A stretch of DNA of 62,536 bases, counting the filler, from Stramenopiles sp. TOSAG23-6 (Eukaryota), in assembly GCA_900128565.1 (NCBI GenBank). It is 11 parts of 11 records of this genome, joined end to end, with 100 filler letters (N's around TTAATTAATTAA, not from the genome) between each part and the next. Parts side by side here need not be neighbours in the genome. Positions count along the whole stretch, not along the records: positions 56,973 to 62,536 come from LT636878.1; 10 more parts are not named here. One strand, 5' to 3'. Under the pieces are notes generated by a model that had not been told where the DNA came from, made no database searches, and worked only from the letters and a program-made list of their open reading frames with translations. Shown here piece after piece: positions 61,001-62,536 of the stretch. The first letter of the stretch is position 1; the number at the start of each line of letters is the position of its first letter. Position numbers and translations under genes: made by a program.

Positions 61001-61042
61001 GTAAATGAATTCAAAAACGGGAGCGAAGTTGGAAAAGTTTAA
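58013..61042 (+). CDS. Coiled-coil protein (duplicate contig copy)
   Basis: Identical to 52343-55372. Confidence 0.85.
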   Translation: MIPKRTAMSLAREKLTEFEKKHAVSANIYNISETSFLNKMKRINNSSELSDINMHAELTEADEMVELLKKRLGEKAKYEKSLMQGIESAKSSEDVLRAQLDSEVRAREHVERQIEQLQDQVKEYKKSVERNQKKEVAQVEEINSLELQMKDLKMTYDQTVAKEHKAEINLHESEKRSRDLERELIHVRIENARLQEQYDLKQQESHELELKCSTARDKLIREVNATKIKVIAMKKNYAECVADIEKLQVDLKEGQSTLENSKVEHEKAKAVLEATQAELDARLVEEERATEILCAELTEKNKQEMHLTVQMETCKKARVMLSETLAEKTELAEDLGKRLSNLQGHLEIMEERMEEKYKENSKLAKELEHTESNLNLLKLQLSKERHNKAEQERALKREQSNAAIIQREILARSNTDKQMLTAVNEAEVKSQDLSDQLQACEEERQKYLAEITHTNDKMYVLRQKYDGVQKALKNMKLKLTLKKEEYDSMDKELKKRSKEFVFNEHEAKLKATDLRHQIAENTERLQVLKNTLDLNEIKIKDSKSVLHQVCENAEFERQNLSQQIQELKSANALIATETEQEKHKGRALENDLISAENRLREALAAIGAQEKKSQGLNIVNQEEQDRMMQQLRDITAQIDDMNQKTMDNRSEIRDWQVKLNDTKQEKMRIEEHLSSEQAITKKLRDQLEEKMDIGLSQKSKIAMLEQHNHDLDINMSAISKEEEKVRCDVDEIQSKVDVLKQEVRDAELRNQTFYNEQQATHRTIMELESSLKTQESQHIADARAVKLSIVSLQDALLSKVNIVESLVHSTRATQAKAKSVQKRLDDTNAAAAASQGRYQTMLMEEQRTTAALRQEIETQMRNERVLQQHLLKKDQQGQELQTKLAEQTSRTSIIQSDALTKRKEADMVMASLEKKTSREKEMMSAINERSEEILGFRTKQREEDMKEKQIRTSLKQTEFENNLLKKQIAIKMRSERVALVDIEAERVHLKRDPENEVNEFKNGSEVGKV

Positions 61043-61175
61043 TTTATAACTTTGTTTTTCTTTTTGAAAGCAAAGGAAACAGAATTCTACATTCATTAAC
61101 GAGAAACGACTTTGTACAATAAAAGTAGATAATATCCGAAATTATTGTAATATTTTATCATACTCAAATCTTAAA

Positions 61176-62445
61176 TCACATAGATAAAGCACGTTGTGTA
61201 ATATCTCTACTAGTAGATGGAGTACTGTGCAATGCTTTATCAGAACCAGGGCTTCTAATTTCTTCAATACTTTCACCATCATCCAAATCCACTTTATCTA
61301 ATGCCGGTATTGTAGTTATCACTCGCATACCAAGCTCTGATACTTTGTGTCGAAAGTTAGAATCTGGACAAGTGATAAACATCATATTCATGGAAACTCC
61401 AAGCTCACGGGCAATCCATTGAACAGATGAAGGTGAGAATGTACCTGACATACAAATACACGAAACCTGAATTTTCGGATAAATGCTGTCTAGCAATTGA
61501 ACATGTTCATATAAGTTTTTGGGTACTCCCACTTCAGGATCATACACATGCACAACAAGCATTTTGGCAGTTTCTTCATTCTCTCGAACATAAAGTATAG
61601 CTTTATTTAGAATCACGAGAGAATCATTTTTTAGAAAAAATACTACCTTTTTATCCGCAATTTCCGCCATCATTTGTTTAGCTGTAATATCCCAACGCTG
61701 GCGAAAACTTTTAAAATGTCTAAATAATTTGTAGGAACCTCGGAGGTACATCTTGAGTAAGAATGTTCTTTGAAACATTATCATCATTATTAAGGCTACA
61801 GCCGCTGTGTACATAAGAAAGTACTGCAATGCTGCACCTTTTGAAATTAAATTACCTACCACTCCCATTGCAGCACTTATGAGGGCAACAACAACCGTGA
61901 ACCACGAGGCTTCTACTTGGCGTGGTAGTCCAGGTCGTTTGTATTTCAGTAGCATTGTGCCAATTGTGAAGCATATCATAAGTCCTAGAAATGCAAAACA
62001 ATAGACACCACTTAAATTCTCTAAATTTATCTTGTGTGATATTCCAGTCAAAATATCGTACTGTAATACAATAAGCAGAGATGATGCAACAACAAAATAT
62101 CCAAATATAATATAATGGTTCGTACCTCGCCATGAATTTGTTTTAAGAAAAAATTGTGGTAAACATCGATCTTGAGAAAGCTTACGAATTAAACCTCCGA
62201 CGCCGACATATGCTGTTAAAACTGAACCAGATAAAACAATGAATGCGTCAATTGATACTAAAAGTTTAAGCCAAACATCAGAGATGATTATCGTTTCACT
62301 TGTCTTTGAAGGATAGTTTGAGGATACTGCAACTTCTCCCATAATCGCCAGAAGAGTTCCAGAGTTTTTAGGAATAGCAGTAAGTTTAATTGTACAGAGT
62401 GCTAGAAAAGTAATCATTGGGTTGAAGAAGCTTACAATGGCCCAC
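61176..62445 (-). CDS. APC amino acid permease (duplicate contig copy)
   Basis: Identical to 55506-56775. Confidence 0.85.
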
Positions 62446-62536
62446 ATGTATTTTGAAACAATATTTCAAAAAAAAAACNTNAANTTGNTANGTANCAAAA
62501 TTTCGTATGAAAAATAAATTCGATTTTTTTGTTAAA

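Larger units (their letters stand above)
56973..62536 (+). repeat. Exact second copy of contig 51303-56872 (offset 5670)
   Basis: Identical ORFs and identical ambiguous bases. Confidence 0.95.

Noticed and set aside
51303-62536. Tandem segmental duplication of MTAP, coiled-coil and permease genes
   Set aside because: The copies are identical even at ambiguous bases and are separated by a linker, so this is a redundant contig.

Overview
This is AT-rich eukaryotic DNA from a ciliated/flagellated protist (IFT80, a TMEM216/17-family gene, a SPICE1-like gene, TTAGGG repeats); the lineage cannot be fixed from this window. It is a concatenation of eleven ~5.6 kb contigs joined by artificial N-TTAATTAATTAA-N linkers. 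One contig is duplicated exactly and another is a fold-back palindrome. Main result: no intron I could reconstruct ends in AG. Of 31 introns with both ends visible, 28 end in AT (typically ...CAATACAT), 2 in TT and 1 in AC; donors are GT (28), GC (1) and AT (2). Most share a ~90-115 nt consensus: GTAYGTTTT..TTTCGTACGAAATTTTGTACCTAAC..TGAAATATTTTTCACAATACAT. Removing them at GT/AT restores conserved motifs exactly (CPS RPSY|VLSGAAM, kinase GTLEY|MPPE, EEP-nuclease C|GDFN, IFT80 VR|LCRFVK, TSR1 K|WFKP and GTH|G). This points to a recently amplified, Introner-like family of GT-AT introns and a spliceosome with altered 3' splice-site specificity. It is inferred from reading frames only; no transcript data are available. 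Other points of interest: truncated antisense copies of the element at stop codons, and an ankyrin + RelE-like + UvrD/SF1 helicase gene.
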